Source: Hydrolagus colliei
Taxonomy: Eukaryota
Assembly (NCBI GenBank): GCA_035084275.1
Contig: CM068756.1
Coordinates: 1,054,001-1,118,000 of the forward strand
Direction of reading: 5' to 3'
Length of the DNA stretch: 64,000 bases
In this document: piece after piece, positions 51,621 through 63,620 of the stretch
Layout: the number at the start of each line of letters is the position of its first letter
Position numbering within the stretch: the stretch's first letter is position 1
Notes under the pieces: generated by a model
Database searches by the model: none
Seen by the model: only the letters and a program-made list of their open reading frames with translations
What the model was told of the DNA's origin: nothing
Program-made: the position numbers and the translations under genes

Positions 51621-54600
51621 CAAGTTGTAATTCATTACCAAAATCAATGGAATTCTCACTATGCATTCTCCCAATGTCAAAAGTTTAAGTCCCCTGGTTA
51701 GTTGTCACTTGATCTCACTTGTCTCAGCTGTACAAGTTTCACCAGGTCTGAAATCAACCTCGGCTATTATGAAAAGGGAGATATTCAACCTCAAGGAAGA
51801 AAAATTGACAACTTGCTCCTTCCTTGTTATTTATTCATTATACAATTTATGACGATTTTTCAAGAGATTTAAAAAGTTTTATTTTTAAAAAAATTGGTGT
51901 ACCAATGCTATCAGCATTACCCCATGCATCTAGAAATGGCATCATTAAATAATAAGAAGAGTATTAATGTTAGCCACAATCAGTTTACCACCTCAAATGG
52001 GAGAATTCCACAATCATCAAACATTCAAATGAATTTCACATTCATCCCCGTTATCCTCTGAAAAGCTCGGTTTCTGTTTGAGAACATTACACGCTTTTAA
52101 AATTCACACCCTTGGAAATTTTCCTAATCGAGTCACGTTCCTGAATGTGTGAAAAATCTCAACCATGATTGGAAAACACCAGAAGCCCTTGGTGGGAACC
52201 CGTGACTTAAGTCATTCGGATGATCTCCCAGCTGTTGCTGATCAAACAACGCATTAGTCACCCATGCAATGATAGAGTTTGGGTGGATTCTGATCCTTTG
52301 TTGCCACAAAATAAATTATGAAAACAGAGGTGAGGAATATGAGAGAGAGAGGGGGGGAGTGGGGGGTGGAGTGATAAGTAAGTAAGATAAACAGATAGAA
52401 TTGAAGGATTGGAAGAACAAGAGGAAAGTGAGAACTGAGGGTAGCATGAAATTAGGTCAATTGTGAAGAACAAAATAGAACAAAGTAAAATGTTAAGGTA
52501 TAGACCTATTTCCCCCTACAACCTAATACCTTTCTTGTCCGGAGCTCAAACTGCAATGTTGTTCTCAATGGCTATTTCCTTTTTATCCAGCAACGTTTTC
52601 TCCAATCATGAGTGAGAATGGCTGTCTCAGAAATGGTTACAAAGCAACAGACTCTTTGAGGGGTTTTAGCTGACAATATAAAGCACAAGAGTACAGATAG
52701 ACTGAACCATTTACAGCTGCAGTTTGAACAATTAACTTGATCACAGTGGTGACATTATTCAAGAGTACACTTTTTAAGATTATACAACAAAATGACATGT
52801 GTATGTACCATGGCATGTGCACCACATATGCCTTATGTTTTGGATTTCTTGAAAATCTGGAAATATACCTTGTAATGTATTACAATAATCCCAACCTGGT
52901 TAATTTGTAACTGATTTGAAGATTTATCCATCAATATAAAAATCAATATTCTGCTGGCAAACCATCGTACATCCAATGCACATCATTTTTACACTATGGT
53001 GTTGATAAATGCAGATGTGTAAAACAATTTAGTGGTTAAAGAGTGTAAAAACAATCAAACTGTGTACACTATTCTTGCAGCTCACAGTTCTCTTCATTTC
53101 TTGGCCCACCTAGTTATTCTCTGTCTCCATCTCCTTTGGCCTTTCTGCCTGAATTAGGGTCTCTATTCTAATACCAATAATGGCACTGGGCTGAGCTGAG
53201 AACCCACACATTAACAGCACAGCTCATGCTTGAAAGCCCCATCAAGAGGAAATTAGCATTAAATACCAGCCGTTAGGACCTGAACATGATTAAACTATTG
53301 CTAAGCCAACCCTTGTCAATTCCACCCTGAAGCAAAACATTTTCAGGGAATTCAATAAATCACAGCAATCTTTTAGACTCTGAAATGCCAAAAACCTCCT
53401 TTTTTTTTACATTAAACATATAGACGCAATATTCTCAGTGTTTAAGGTTTCAATAGCATTCATCTTTTTTCATTTTATGCTACTAGGCTTGAATATGAAA
53501 TTTTAAAAAGAGTATCGTATTTCAGCTTCAACACAGATTGTGCATTTGTTTGTTAATCCATATCTCAATTTCAAAGCGAGAACCCACGAAAGCATGCAAT
53601 TAACTCTTAAGTTTTGCTTTAATAAATGATGCAGATCAGGTAACATAAGAACACAAATAATGCTTCTCTAAACATGATATTTATTAGCTGTACAACAGAA
53701 ACAGAAAATAGCTGGGCTTAAAAAGCACCAATGTTAAAATGAATGCAGTACACTACCTCCTAGTAATCATCAAGGTTGCTTTTTCATTTCCAGTCTTACT
53801 CTGGCCCTCAAATCAAGTAAGCTTCTAAATATTTATAACCACAATTCTTACGAGGGTAGACAGTAATCTGTAGCAGAACCTGTCTGCATACATTGTAAAA
53901 TGTTCTGTCACCTCGGCAGGGTAGCTTGCCTTCGAGGTTTATGCTTTTGCCAAGAGCACAGAGGGGTGCTAATGAATTTATACTGGACATCTTTAAAATG
54001 CTTCTAATTTTTTTTACAAAAAAGAAAAATTCAACACAACTCGCACTTCAGGCTCCTCCGTACAATAGAAATCGCTATGATGATGACAGTTAAAATAACC
54101 AGATGAGAATACAATTTGTCACTGCCATTATGTGGTAACACCATGCTGTGATTTCCTCACCAGCCTCTTCCCTGAATCTTTAACTCCTTAGGGAAATGTA
54201 TAAATAAAGGTGTGGATGGGAGAAGATAACGTGGTTCTTAATGAAAATGAACTCGAGACTGACTACATTGAGGTCACAACATAAAAATCTCATACTCCCA
54301 TACCTCCCCTCTCTCCCCCCCCCCCCCCCGCCCCCCTCCTCCCCCCCACCTGAAATGTGCTTAAAAAAAATTCATCTACACTCCCACCCAGGGCAGGTTG
54401 TTCAAAGTGACACATTGGGACATGTCGCATGTGTCAAGTACCGAAGGCTGAAGTACGAGGCAATTTCTGGGAGCAGGAAAGTGTTCTCTTAAAGGAACGT
54501 AGCCATGGCAAATTCAAATGGTCTCTTGATACTGTCACTGAAGAGTAATGACTTGCGCTCAGCTGTACGAGAAGCTAATGTTGTGTGACTGTGCCACCCT

Positions 54601-57395
54601 TCTCAACTCACAACCTCTGCTGAAGCAGCTGATTCCTTTTTTATGCAAAAACCTGCAACTTCTGCATTTCAATTGGCAATGTTATTTAGAAAGGATTCAT
54701 TTTAATTGATTCTACACGTCACTGCAGATATGATACTTTTTATTTACATCTGCACATTTAATTTTTAAATAAAATGCAGCAGAATAAGATTAATGTCATT
54801 TATATTGCAAAACTCACCGGTATAAAACATATGAATCTACTTACTACATGCTATTGTAATCCGCAAACACAGTACAGTACACGTATACAGATTTGGGCAT
54901 TAGATAGCATTTTAATATGCAAGGTGAAACAAATTAGTCTTTTAAAGGATGTCATAATCTCTTGCATTTTGTCGCATTCCATGTTTTTCTTATACAAGGA
55001 TGTAATAAAACATTTCACTCAATATTGTAATAAGGCAATAATGCACTTTGCTCAACAATACAATGCAAAATAAAATAGGTATGCAGAAAATATTGCATTA
55101 AAATCAATAAAATATTATTTTTTATGTTTTTTTTCTGTGGGAACAAATGAATAAACATCAGATATATCTATAAATGCATGAACCTGACTGAAAATATTTA
55201 TCCAAAAGATAAGATAATTTGAATTAAACGCTCTTCACTCTACATAAATTTAACGCATAGCGTGCAAACAATCAGATATTCTCTGCATTGAAGTGTATTT
55301 TTATGTTCTAGATTCTGAATATTTAGCAGGTTATAGGATTATAAACTTACTATAAGATTTTTTGTGTCGGAATAACATTGGTCAACTTATTTCTCCGAGT
55401 ACAATGGATTAAAAAAGAGAAATCACAATAACAATGTTCCAAATTCACCATCACATGCTCTGTAACCTTCGCTTGTTTGAATAAAATGCATTTCCTTCTT
55501 TCTTACGTTCATGCAACAAAAAAGGTCAGCTGTGTAATCTGCTGTTTTCCCCAATTTTATAACAAATTGGTAATTCCTCCTTTGCTAACTGAATAGCATA
55601 TGACGCTGCTATCATTTTCTACCAGGGATAAATTATAAAGCAACATCATCAATGTTTTAAGCCACTATTGCAGAATATTGAACATTAATTCTGTATCTCA
55701 CTGACATTATTTGTTTAATTTGAAGAAATATATGTAGGAATACACCCATTTAAAATTATTTAATCCATTGCATTTATTTAATATAAATACAACTCAAGTT
55801 CTAGCTAACATTTTAATATACTATAAGAAACAATTGTTTTATAGTCCTACCCTCACATTAATACAGCTTGCTCAAATTTGCCTGCTATGTTGCAAATCTA
55901 TTAATTTATAATGAGGTCAAAAAAACTGCATACATGGGGAAACCTATACATCACATGAGTGGGGTCACTGAGGTTTGAGAGTCAGGACAGAGGAAATAAA
56001 CTAACGCAATCATCTTGGAATATTAAACAGGATAGTGTATATTGCCAACCCTTCCATGATTGGCCAAATAGCCTCTCTGGATACATCCTGACTCAATTGT
56101 GACAATTGAAAGATTACAGTCTTGTGGTTAACAGACCAACGAGACTGTTTTCAGGACTCCTTCACAATTTCATAACATAAAAACGTTTCCCATGCACACT
56201 GAAGTAAGCAGAATATGTAAACCAAACATGTTTTACCCACCCTACATTATGTAAAATTTGTGATGATATAATATATCAGCTGGTCTAAACTATTTATTAT
56301 TAAAAATCTTAACATATTACAGTACTAGGTAGGAGGTTAGAAGCCAAGAATATTGGAGAACCCTATTATAACACTCTATTTCGAGTCCATAAATCCAACA
56401 CAACATTAACACGGGGGATAAAAAATGGCTTCCACTAACATTACATCCTTTAAGACGCTCAATTGCGCTGAATGCAATAAGAATGGCTGCCTCAATTTCC
56501 TGTAAGCCCAGCGTATAGGAAAGGCAGCAACTGCATTCAGAGATCCAATGCACAACTCATCATAAGCAAGCTTGCAAAATAGGAAGGTGTATTATAAGTG
56601 GGTCGTGCTATAAATTAAAATGTATTTGAGCTATTTGATTTCTGATAGCTTCTAAAAAAAACTGTTCGACACGTTGCACTTCTTACACCACCCCATGCCT
56701 ATTCTATCAAGGTGAAATGATAAGCATGGCAGACATTGCTTAAAGCAATCTAAAAGACTGATTGTGTGGTTAAGAAATCAAAGTCTTAATTTGGATGCTT
56801 CTGACATGTTATAGACTTCCTAAATCTGATTATGTGGTTTCTTGCATTTATATTCAATAAATAAATTAATGTGGTACATTTACCCAATGAACCATTAAGG
56901 TAGGACTTTGAGCACGTCTTCCAAAGTATTGAAAATGTTTAGAATTTATGTTTTATATATACACACACACAATAAAATGATTTTAACACTGCAGTTTCTG
57001 AATAGTGATACTGTAATTTATATTACTTTGTAAACTGACATGGTTTATCTAAACATCAGGATAAACCACAATTTCTTCCATCATCCCCATATGTCCAGAT
57101 TAAACATTAATTCACAAATGAGAAGCTCAGCAATGACCAAAACGGGTTAGGCTATTTGCTAATTTTACGAAAGCTAATTAAAAACGTAAATTTGCCAGTG
57201 ATAATACTACAGTATATACAGAATGTAAGTAATATCACGTGCCGAATGTTGGCAAAGTTTAATCAAACCGATATGGAAACTTGGTGTTTGGTTCGTCATG
57301 CAATTCTCGTTCCTTCCTGACTGCTCAAGACAAGAATTCACAAGAAGGTACTTCAGGCTGAGGTCACCTCAGTGTTGTTTTTTAACCTCCACTTA

Positions 57396-57461
57396 CAACA
57401 ACAACAACAACATTGCACTTATTTAGCGCCTTTCACGTCGGGAGGACGTCCCAAAGCGCTG
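57396..57461 (-). mobile_element. L2-type LINE 3' tail remnant (well preserved)
   Basis: (caa)n-cattgcacttatttagcgcctttcacgtcgggaggacgtcccaaagcgctg. Confidence 0.85.
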
Positions 57462-58331
57462 AACAGTCAGGTCGGGATACGAATGGAGGTTGGTGGGGGG
57501 TCATATTGTCACCAATTAGTCATTTTGTTACCAATCTTTGCTTTCCCAAACCTCACTCAATTTAGAGTATATCAATATTTTTGTTTGTGGTCAGTATCTG
57601 GAGGTCCAGTCAGATATGTTCAGCTCTGTTAATTGCCCATTGCAACTAACCATGAGAGAGAGAGACCAAACTTGACAACATGTACCGACACCGAAATAAG
57701 AAGATACGATGTGAGCAAGGTCCACTTATACTCCATTAGTGGATTTTGCTCTTATGTTTTCTCTCCACATCTTCTGAAGGAAATGAATTATGGTGGGGTG
57801 AAGCTCCCCAAACATCATCGGCCCTCCATTATCCTGCCTTTGTTGATTCTTCAAGCATGAGCCAGAACAATGAAACCTGCAGTCAATTAAACTTTGACAT
57901 CACAGCCACGCCAAAATTCCCTCTGCTCCTTACATTCATTCATACATAAACTGTTGGGGCTGTCCTGTAGGGGTTGCTGGAGTGCTATCAAGTGCAAGGA
58001 CATTGGCTGATGTTTCTCCTCTGGCCCAGGGGCATTGAAGTTTCAGGCAGTTCAAAATATATAAATGATAATCAGTTATTTATGCCAAACACCAAAAGAT
58101 TAAAAACAATTAGAATGTAACCCCAAAACAACTACAGAAAAAGTTTTGCAAAATTATGAGGCCTTATAACAAAATACTGGAAGGAAAATTTTTAAATATA
58201 ATGAACTGACATATTTTACACCCTAATTAGATCATCCAAACATTATTTGATGTGGAACTGGTCAGAAATTAGTGAGATTAATTTTTTTTGAAACTCGTTA
58301 TAGTACTAAATAGTACTAAAAGAACCAATAC

Positions 58332-58478
58332 CTCTTCATTCAAGGCTTTAATATTGTTCTCCAGAAGGTGGATATCCTGCAGTTGGTTTAGATTCTCCGA
58401 CTCCTTCAGAACCACGTCATTGTGAAGCTCAGTTATGATGTCTTGCAATTCCTGTATTTTCTTATCTTTGCCAACTAC
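58332..58478 (-). CDS. Coiled-coil gene exon (147 nt, phase 0-0): VVGKDKKIQELQDIITELHNDVVLKESENLNQLQDIHLLENNIKALNEE
   Basis: Acceptor ttttgtctgtgttatag|GTA, donor GAG|gtattg; 49 open codons with heptad pattern; absent from the ORF track. Confidence 0.88.
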
Positions 58479-58648
58479 CTATAACACAGACAAAATTGAA
58501 ATCACTATTGAAAAAAGTTTTTAAAAAGTTAGAAATCTTCATCAAATATTACCCTACTCATAATGTTCCTACTTTTAACACACTTTTGTACAAACTACAA
58601 CACTGAGCTGAAGATAGCTTTCTCTCAGGATACAACTCGGAGTCTGAC

Positions 58649-58990
58649 AATAATGCAATAATCCTTCCATTTGATTATAGTGTCAACATTTCTCAAAAGT
58701 ACTTCATCTTTCTGTAAAATGTAGTGATTGTATGGTTGCTGCATTTGTCTACAAATAACACACAGCAATGACCCACCAACAATTAGGAGCTGAACAACAT
58801 TCTGAACTGGAGGATTTGTCGATCAGGATACCAGGAGTACCTCACTTATCATTTGAAAGAATGTCAATGGATTTTTTAATGTCCTCTTGAACACACCTTT
58901 GAGCCCTTCGTTTAAAGGTCTCATTCGAAGGATGGCACTTCCAACAATGCAGCACTCTCCCAATACTGCACTGGAGAATTAATCTAGTCC
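58649..58990 (-). mobile_element. Older Deu-domain SINE (SacSINE1-like)
   Basis: ggtctcattcgaaggatggcacttccaacaatgcagcactctcccaatactgcactggag is the reverse complement of the Deu 5' block; tail remnant near 58649. Confidence 0.75.
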
Positions 58991-59738
58991 ATGATCTCAA
59001 AGACTCAAAGTAGGTCTAATATATTGAGGGTACTTTTAACCTCTATTGAGATGCAAATGTCGCTCTATTGCTTGAAAAAATAAGACACAAACATTACAAA
59101 CTATTCATCCTCAAAGCTTTGTCTCAGCTTTATGTAATTCATGATCACAGAATATATTGGAAAGTATAAAACAGACTTGATGTGAGAACTCCAGCTTGAA
59201 ATACATGAAAGTCACAACATGGGTAAATCAGGTTTCAAGTAGCATGTGTTCCTAAGAAGGAGTAAAATTGACAGGGATCCTCTTCCTTCACCACTATACC
59301 TCCAGGTTAAACCAAGAATATTGACAAAATCCCAATCATTTAATATGATTCACAATTTAATCCTTCTATACCCGTCTACACAAAAACATTATTGTTCGAC
59401 TTATTTTGAGCACATTACTACTATTATGTGTGAATTGAAAATAAGTCAGATATTTAATAAAAGAAAATAACAGCTTTAAATTCTATTGATGATTTGAATT
59501 GTACATCTGATAGAAATTGCAATCTGGTTTTGAAATATTAGCTAGAAGGACTGCAGTACCCTTAGGAATTGAACTACAATTTTAAAAGCTCTTCAAAGAT
59601 ATTAAAAAAATTAACTTTGAGCTGCACTTCAGACAAAGCAGACTGTGAGCACTGGGAGATTCGGGATACCAGTAAAAGCTTGTTCCTCTTCCTGCTTAAC
59701 CTTCTAAAATCTGTCAGTGGCATTCTACATCCACCCTG

Positions 59739-59777
59739 TATATATATATATATATGAATATATATATATATATATTC
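59739..59777. repeat. (TA)n microsatellite
   Basis: Two TA runs separated by gaa. Confidence 0.85.
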
Positions 59778-60304
59778 ATGATGTCTGTTATTTAAATTCA
59801 GGACAGCTGAACCGATTAGTTTTCACTTTAAAATTTTGATCAACTTTTCTAACTATATGTATAAAAGTACAAAACCATCCTATATTATATTTATAGTGAT
59901 GGAATTTATTATTTTAACTAACATTTATAATGCAGCATCATTCTGTTGTATATTTATTGTTTTCTCCGTGGCCCTTCTCTCGAGGGCCATGAACTATGCC
60001 ATCAAACATATGCTACCCTCCACTCATCGGTAATACTTGTGTCTAAACGATGGACAGTGTGGAGTGGTTTGGACAGTGACTAGATCTCCAGTTGATTCTC
60101 CTTCCATTCCTTTTTCAGGAGGACCAAGCTAATGCAAAAACTTCTCCCAATTGATGCCATGGCTGAAACTGTTCTTGCACAACACCTTTACCCAGCACAA
60201 TATTAGTATTACTTATTGATGTAAAATGTTTGTGTATGAAGCTTACTAATTCAGTACAATTTACTACCAAACATGCGCAGATTAAAATGATTGTATCTTT
60301 ACGT

Positions 60305-60345
60305 AGGAAAACAGGACTAGAAGGCCATTCAGCCCATCGAGCTTG
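60305..60345 (-). mobile_element. CR1 3'-terminal remnant
   Basis: acaggactagaaggccattcagcccatcgag is the reverse complement of the CR1 terminus gatgggctgaatggcct...cctgt. Confidence 0.6.
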
Positions 60346-61207
60346 TACAACTAATTGTATTTTACAGATTAGACTTTCCTTCCCTTCAAAAAATATTTTT
60401 CCTTCCAGCTTTCACATTGATCCACAAGATTTGGAAATGTACCTAACATGCTACTGAAACAAAATCTATAAAATCTCAAAAATGCAACGTCTTAAGTAAC
60501 AGAAACAATGTTTCTAGTTTTTCCAGAATAATTTGTGGTTTCATAAACTTTTTCTTAATTCCCAGAGTATTTGGAATAATTATAATTTTAATTTGAGACC
60601 TGAATTACTGGAATCCCGAGTGCTCCATGTATACAGTACTTAGCAAAATGCAAGTGACTAAAATACATTTTCAAGCTGGTATGGCCATTCATTTAAAATG
60701 GTTTATATATCTCAAGAACAGCCCCTTATTCAGTAATTATCATAATTGCAACATTCCTATTATCCATAATGTCACCAGGTTTTTCCAGATAATCATCCTA
60801 TCGAGCTTGTAGATGAACTCATCTAGCTATTATCCATTTCATTTTTGCATATATGTTTATATGAGACAAAATGGTTCCAAACAGGGAACCTTTAAAGAGG
60901 ATACATGCACACATTAATTTTCAGTTTTTTAAATAACTATAACATTCAGATGTGTTTCAATAATTGAATTATGAATTATTATTGCATCCCTGTCTAGACA
61001 GGTGCCAGATTCAAGTCTGAAAATGCTGAGTTCTACATCAGATGACACTCAAAAGGGAATGTGTACAGTACATCCATTTCAATCGCTGCGGAATTAGTTA
61101 TGTACATAGCACCAGGAAATAGATTTTGCTAAACATCAAATAGCAAACAGCTGGTTTATCAGAACTTCAGAATGCAATTATGAAACGAGCTTTCTCACTT
61201 GTTAGAG

Positions 61208-61269
61208 TGGAAGCGCTCCAAGATGCTGCCCCGTGTGAACTGCAATATATAAGTGCAAGTTGTTGTTGT
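61208..61269 (+). mobile_element. L2 LINE 3' tail (second subtype), degenerate
   Basis: aagcgctccaagatgc...tatataagtgcaagttgttgttgt. Confidence 0.65.
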
Positions 61270-63229
61270 ATTATAATTTAAAGCATAATATAGAAAGAGC
61301 GAGAAAGCATGGTTTTATCATAGTACTGTACAATGTTGACATAGCATCAACACACATCCACTGCAATTATCTGAATTGTATTTTAACAGTCTAAGTTAGA
61401 GTACAGTAACAATTCAACTGATTCAACAATCAATAAATGATTTTTAGGGAGTCCTGTTTGTTTCAAATAAACATTTGTATTTAGTGAAGAATTGGCTTAG
61501 TGGCAGCTAACGCTTAGCCAGTGTATGCAAAATAAAGTTGCAGTACAGTATTGATACCCATTAATTTTTCATGGGGTGAATAAAAACTTAAAATCTACCC
61601 AAATAGAAAAATCTGCAGGTCTTCGATCGACCAGTACATCAGATTAATACAAGTTTTCCCTATCCACTGAGTTCGTGATCAAAACTCTGTTGCTGTCTTA
61701 AGGAGCCAAATATTGATTAAGCACTTCACAGGGTGGGAATTTGGAAAGATGCTCATCTGATCTCAACTACTTCCAAGGAGCATGCCACTGGCCACTGGCC
61801 ATAAAATGATTGAAAAGAAAGTGTTAGGAAATCCTCAAGGAAAAAAAATGAAGCGCAAAAAAGAAGATTGCTTGGCCACTAATGATACATTAGATTCAGA
61901 ATGAAAGGAAAACACAAACAGTAAGGGTGGAAAGTGACAAGGCTTAATTAATTGGATGTTCGAATTTCTTTGTTCCTAGGTGAAAATCATATGATTGATA
62001 TGTTGATTATGCACACAGCCAATGAGTTTCTTTCTGAGATTCTGCAGTGCTACATATTCTTAATACTGCAGAATCCTCTAGAATGAACATTGCAAAGAAG
62101 CTGCCCCATGAGTTTTGTGAACAAAACAATCACAGTTTTCACTCACTTCAAACAAAGGGGGCCTTTTTGTAAAGTAGTTCTTATCAGGAAGTGTTTTGTA
62201 TAGAATAACAGAAAACTCAGGAGAACACATATATGCAAAAAAAAAGCACATACTGGATGCTGTTTTAGAATACTCTGACATTTCACAATTCAACTATTTC
62301 TTCTAGTTTTGTTTCCACCCACCCTGCCTAAATCATGCATGACTCCCAAACTAATGGGGGAAGAGGAAAACTGGAATCAAGCTCCTAGATTTGGATTATT
62401 CTTCATCTGGTTTCACATGTGCATTTAAGCTACCAGGGTTCACTCTTAGTTAGATTTTCTCCTCAATGGAGTATCCAGGATTGCAAAAACTTAATGTAGT
62501 TTCCAAGATCAGTACATTTGCCCACAAGTTTATTACATCAACAATGCATTTACTGTACTTGATAGCAAAATTTAAAAAAAGCACAACTACTGGAGAACTT
62601 TCACATTTTCTACCAATAAAAGTGACATGCTTTCCAATTTTCAGGAGTGGATTTTTGAAACCACACATAGTACAGTGAGTGTGATAAACAGTATACTGGT
62701 TAATACAATGTTTTACTTCCACTAATAAAGCAGATTGACTTACTTGCAACTTCTCACCCAAGTTATTCAATCAGTTTTCTCATAACAATTAAATATCACA
62801 CTTCACAAGGATTCACCAAGTAATTTTTCAAATAAATTCCGATCAACAAGTTTGTCACAGCATTCGAGTTCCTTACACATTATAAAACAGTAGCATTAAA
62901 TTACAAATTATCTCAGAAAAGATCTGACTACTGCATTATCCTTCAAGATGTTAGCCTATTTGATAGGAACTATATAATTGCAAGTTATTATTAGTATATG
63001 CATAAAAGTTTTTTTTTAATCTATATTTTACTTCTCTGCACTCATAAATGCAAGTATAAATAATTTGGGGGTGAGGGGAGGTTTTTTTTTGAGGGGGGGA
63101 GGCGGCGGGGAGTAAGAACTTCAAATGGACAATGCTTTCAAGCAAACAAGGAAAAGCCCACATGCTGTTCTAAATATCTAGTAAATGTACATATATGCAT
63201 GTATTCACTCTCCATGAAATGGATTCAGA

Positions 63230-63620
63230 GACATCAGGCTGTGAAAGAATATCGTCGTCTACTCATTTCACCATCTTTGAATTGCTATCTGTGGCGGACT
63301 GTACTTTTGTGCGTAATCGATTAATATGTTTGCCATTCTTCACTTAAGGACTAAAGCAAGAAAAATTCCATAATGTCAGGAAAATGTTTTCAGAGGAGAA
63401 ATTCCATGTTGAAAGCATTTTTTTAATGCAAAAGACAAATCTTTACATTTTTGTAGAAAAAGATTTTCAAATTTTACTTTGTCAATTTTTCGCATCCTTG
63501 AGCATAAGAACTGCATTTATTTTCTCTCTGTGTGATACCAGCATCTGGAAGGAGGGCGCTCGTGTATCATAATGCGGAGAATTTATCCATTTTAGTTTGA
63601 TGGAAATCAGCTTGGTTCGC
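63230..63620. promoter_or_regulatory. Candidate conserved non-coding element
   Basis: Unique CpG-retaining block including gcgtaatcgattaat (homeodomain/CUT-like). Conservation not tested. Confidence 0.35.

Larger units (their letters stand above)
1064..58478 (-). other. Partial multi-exon gene for a long coiled-coil protein (tentatively PMFBP1/CCDC18-like); 9 internal exons, extends beyond the outermost exons found
   Basis: Nine exons with AG acceptors and GT/GC donors join in frame without stops into 411 aa of E/Q/K/L-rich heptad sequence. No initiation or termination exon was seen. The family assignment rests on recalled similarity only (e.g. VQAEIETLK...MIKLEQTIKQLKEE vs PMFBP1 LRVELEAV...MMKLELDLHGLREE) and is unverified. 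Confidence 0.85.

Noticed and set aside
57732-57773. 42-nt frame-preserving candidate exon (KMWRENIRAKSTNG)
   Set aside because: The acceptor is acceptable but the donor GGA|gtataa is poor, and there is no heptad character.
62744-62785. Consensus donor CAA|gtaagt on - strand
   Set aside because: There are stop codons in all frames shortly upstream and no usable acceptor; it could only be a non-coding exon, which is unsupported.
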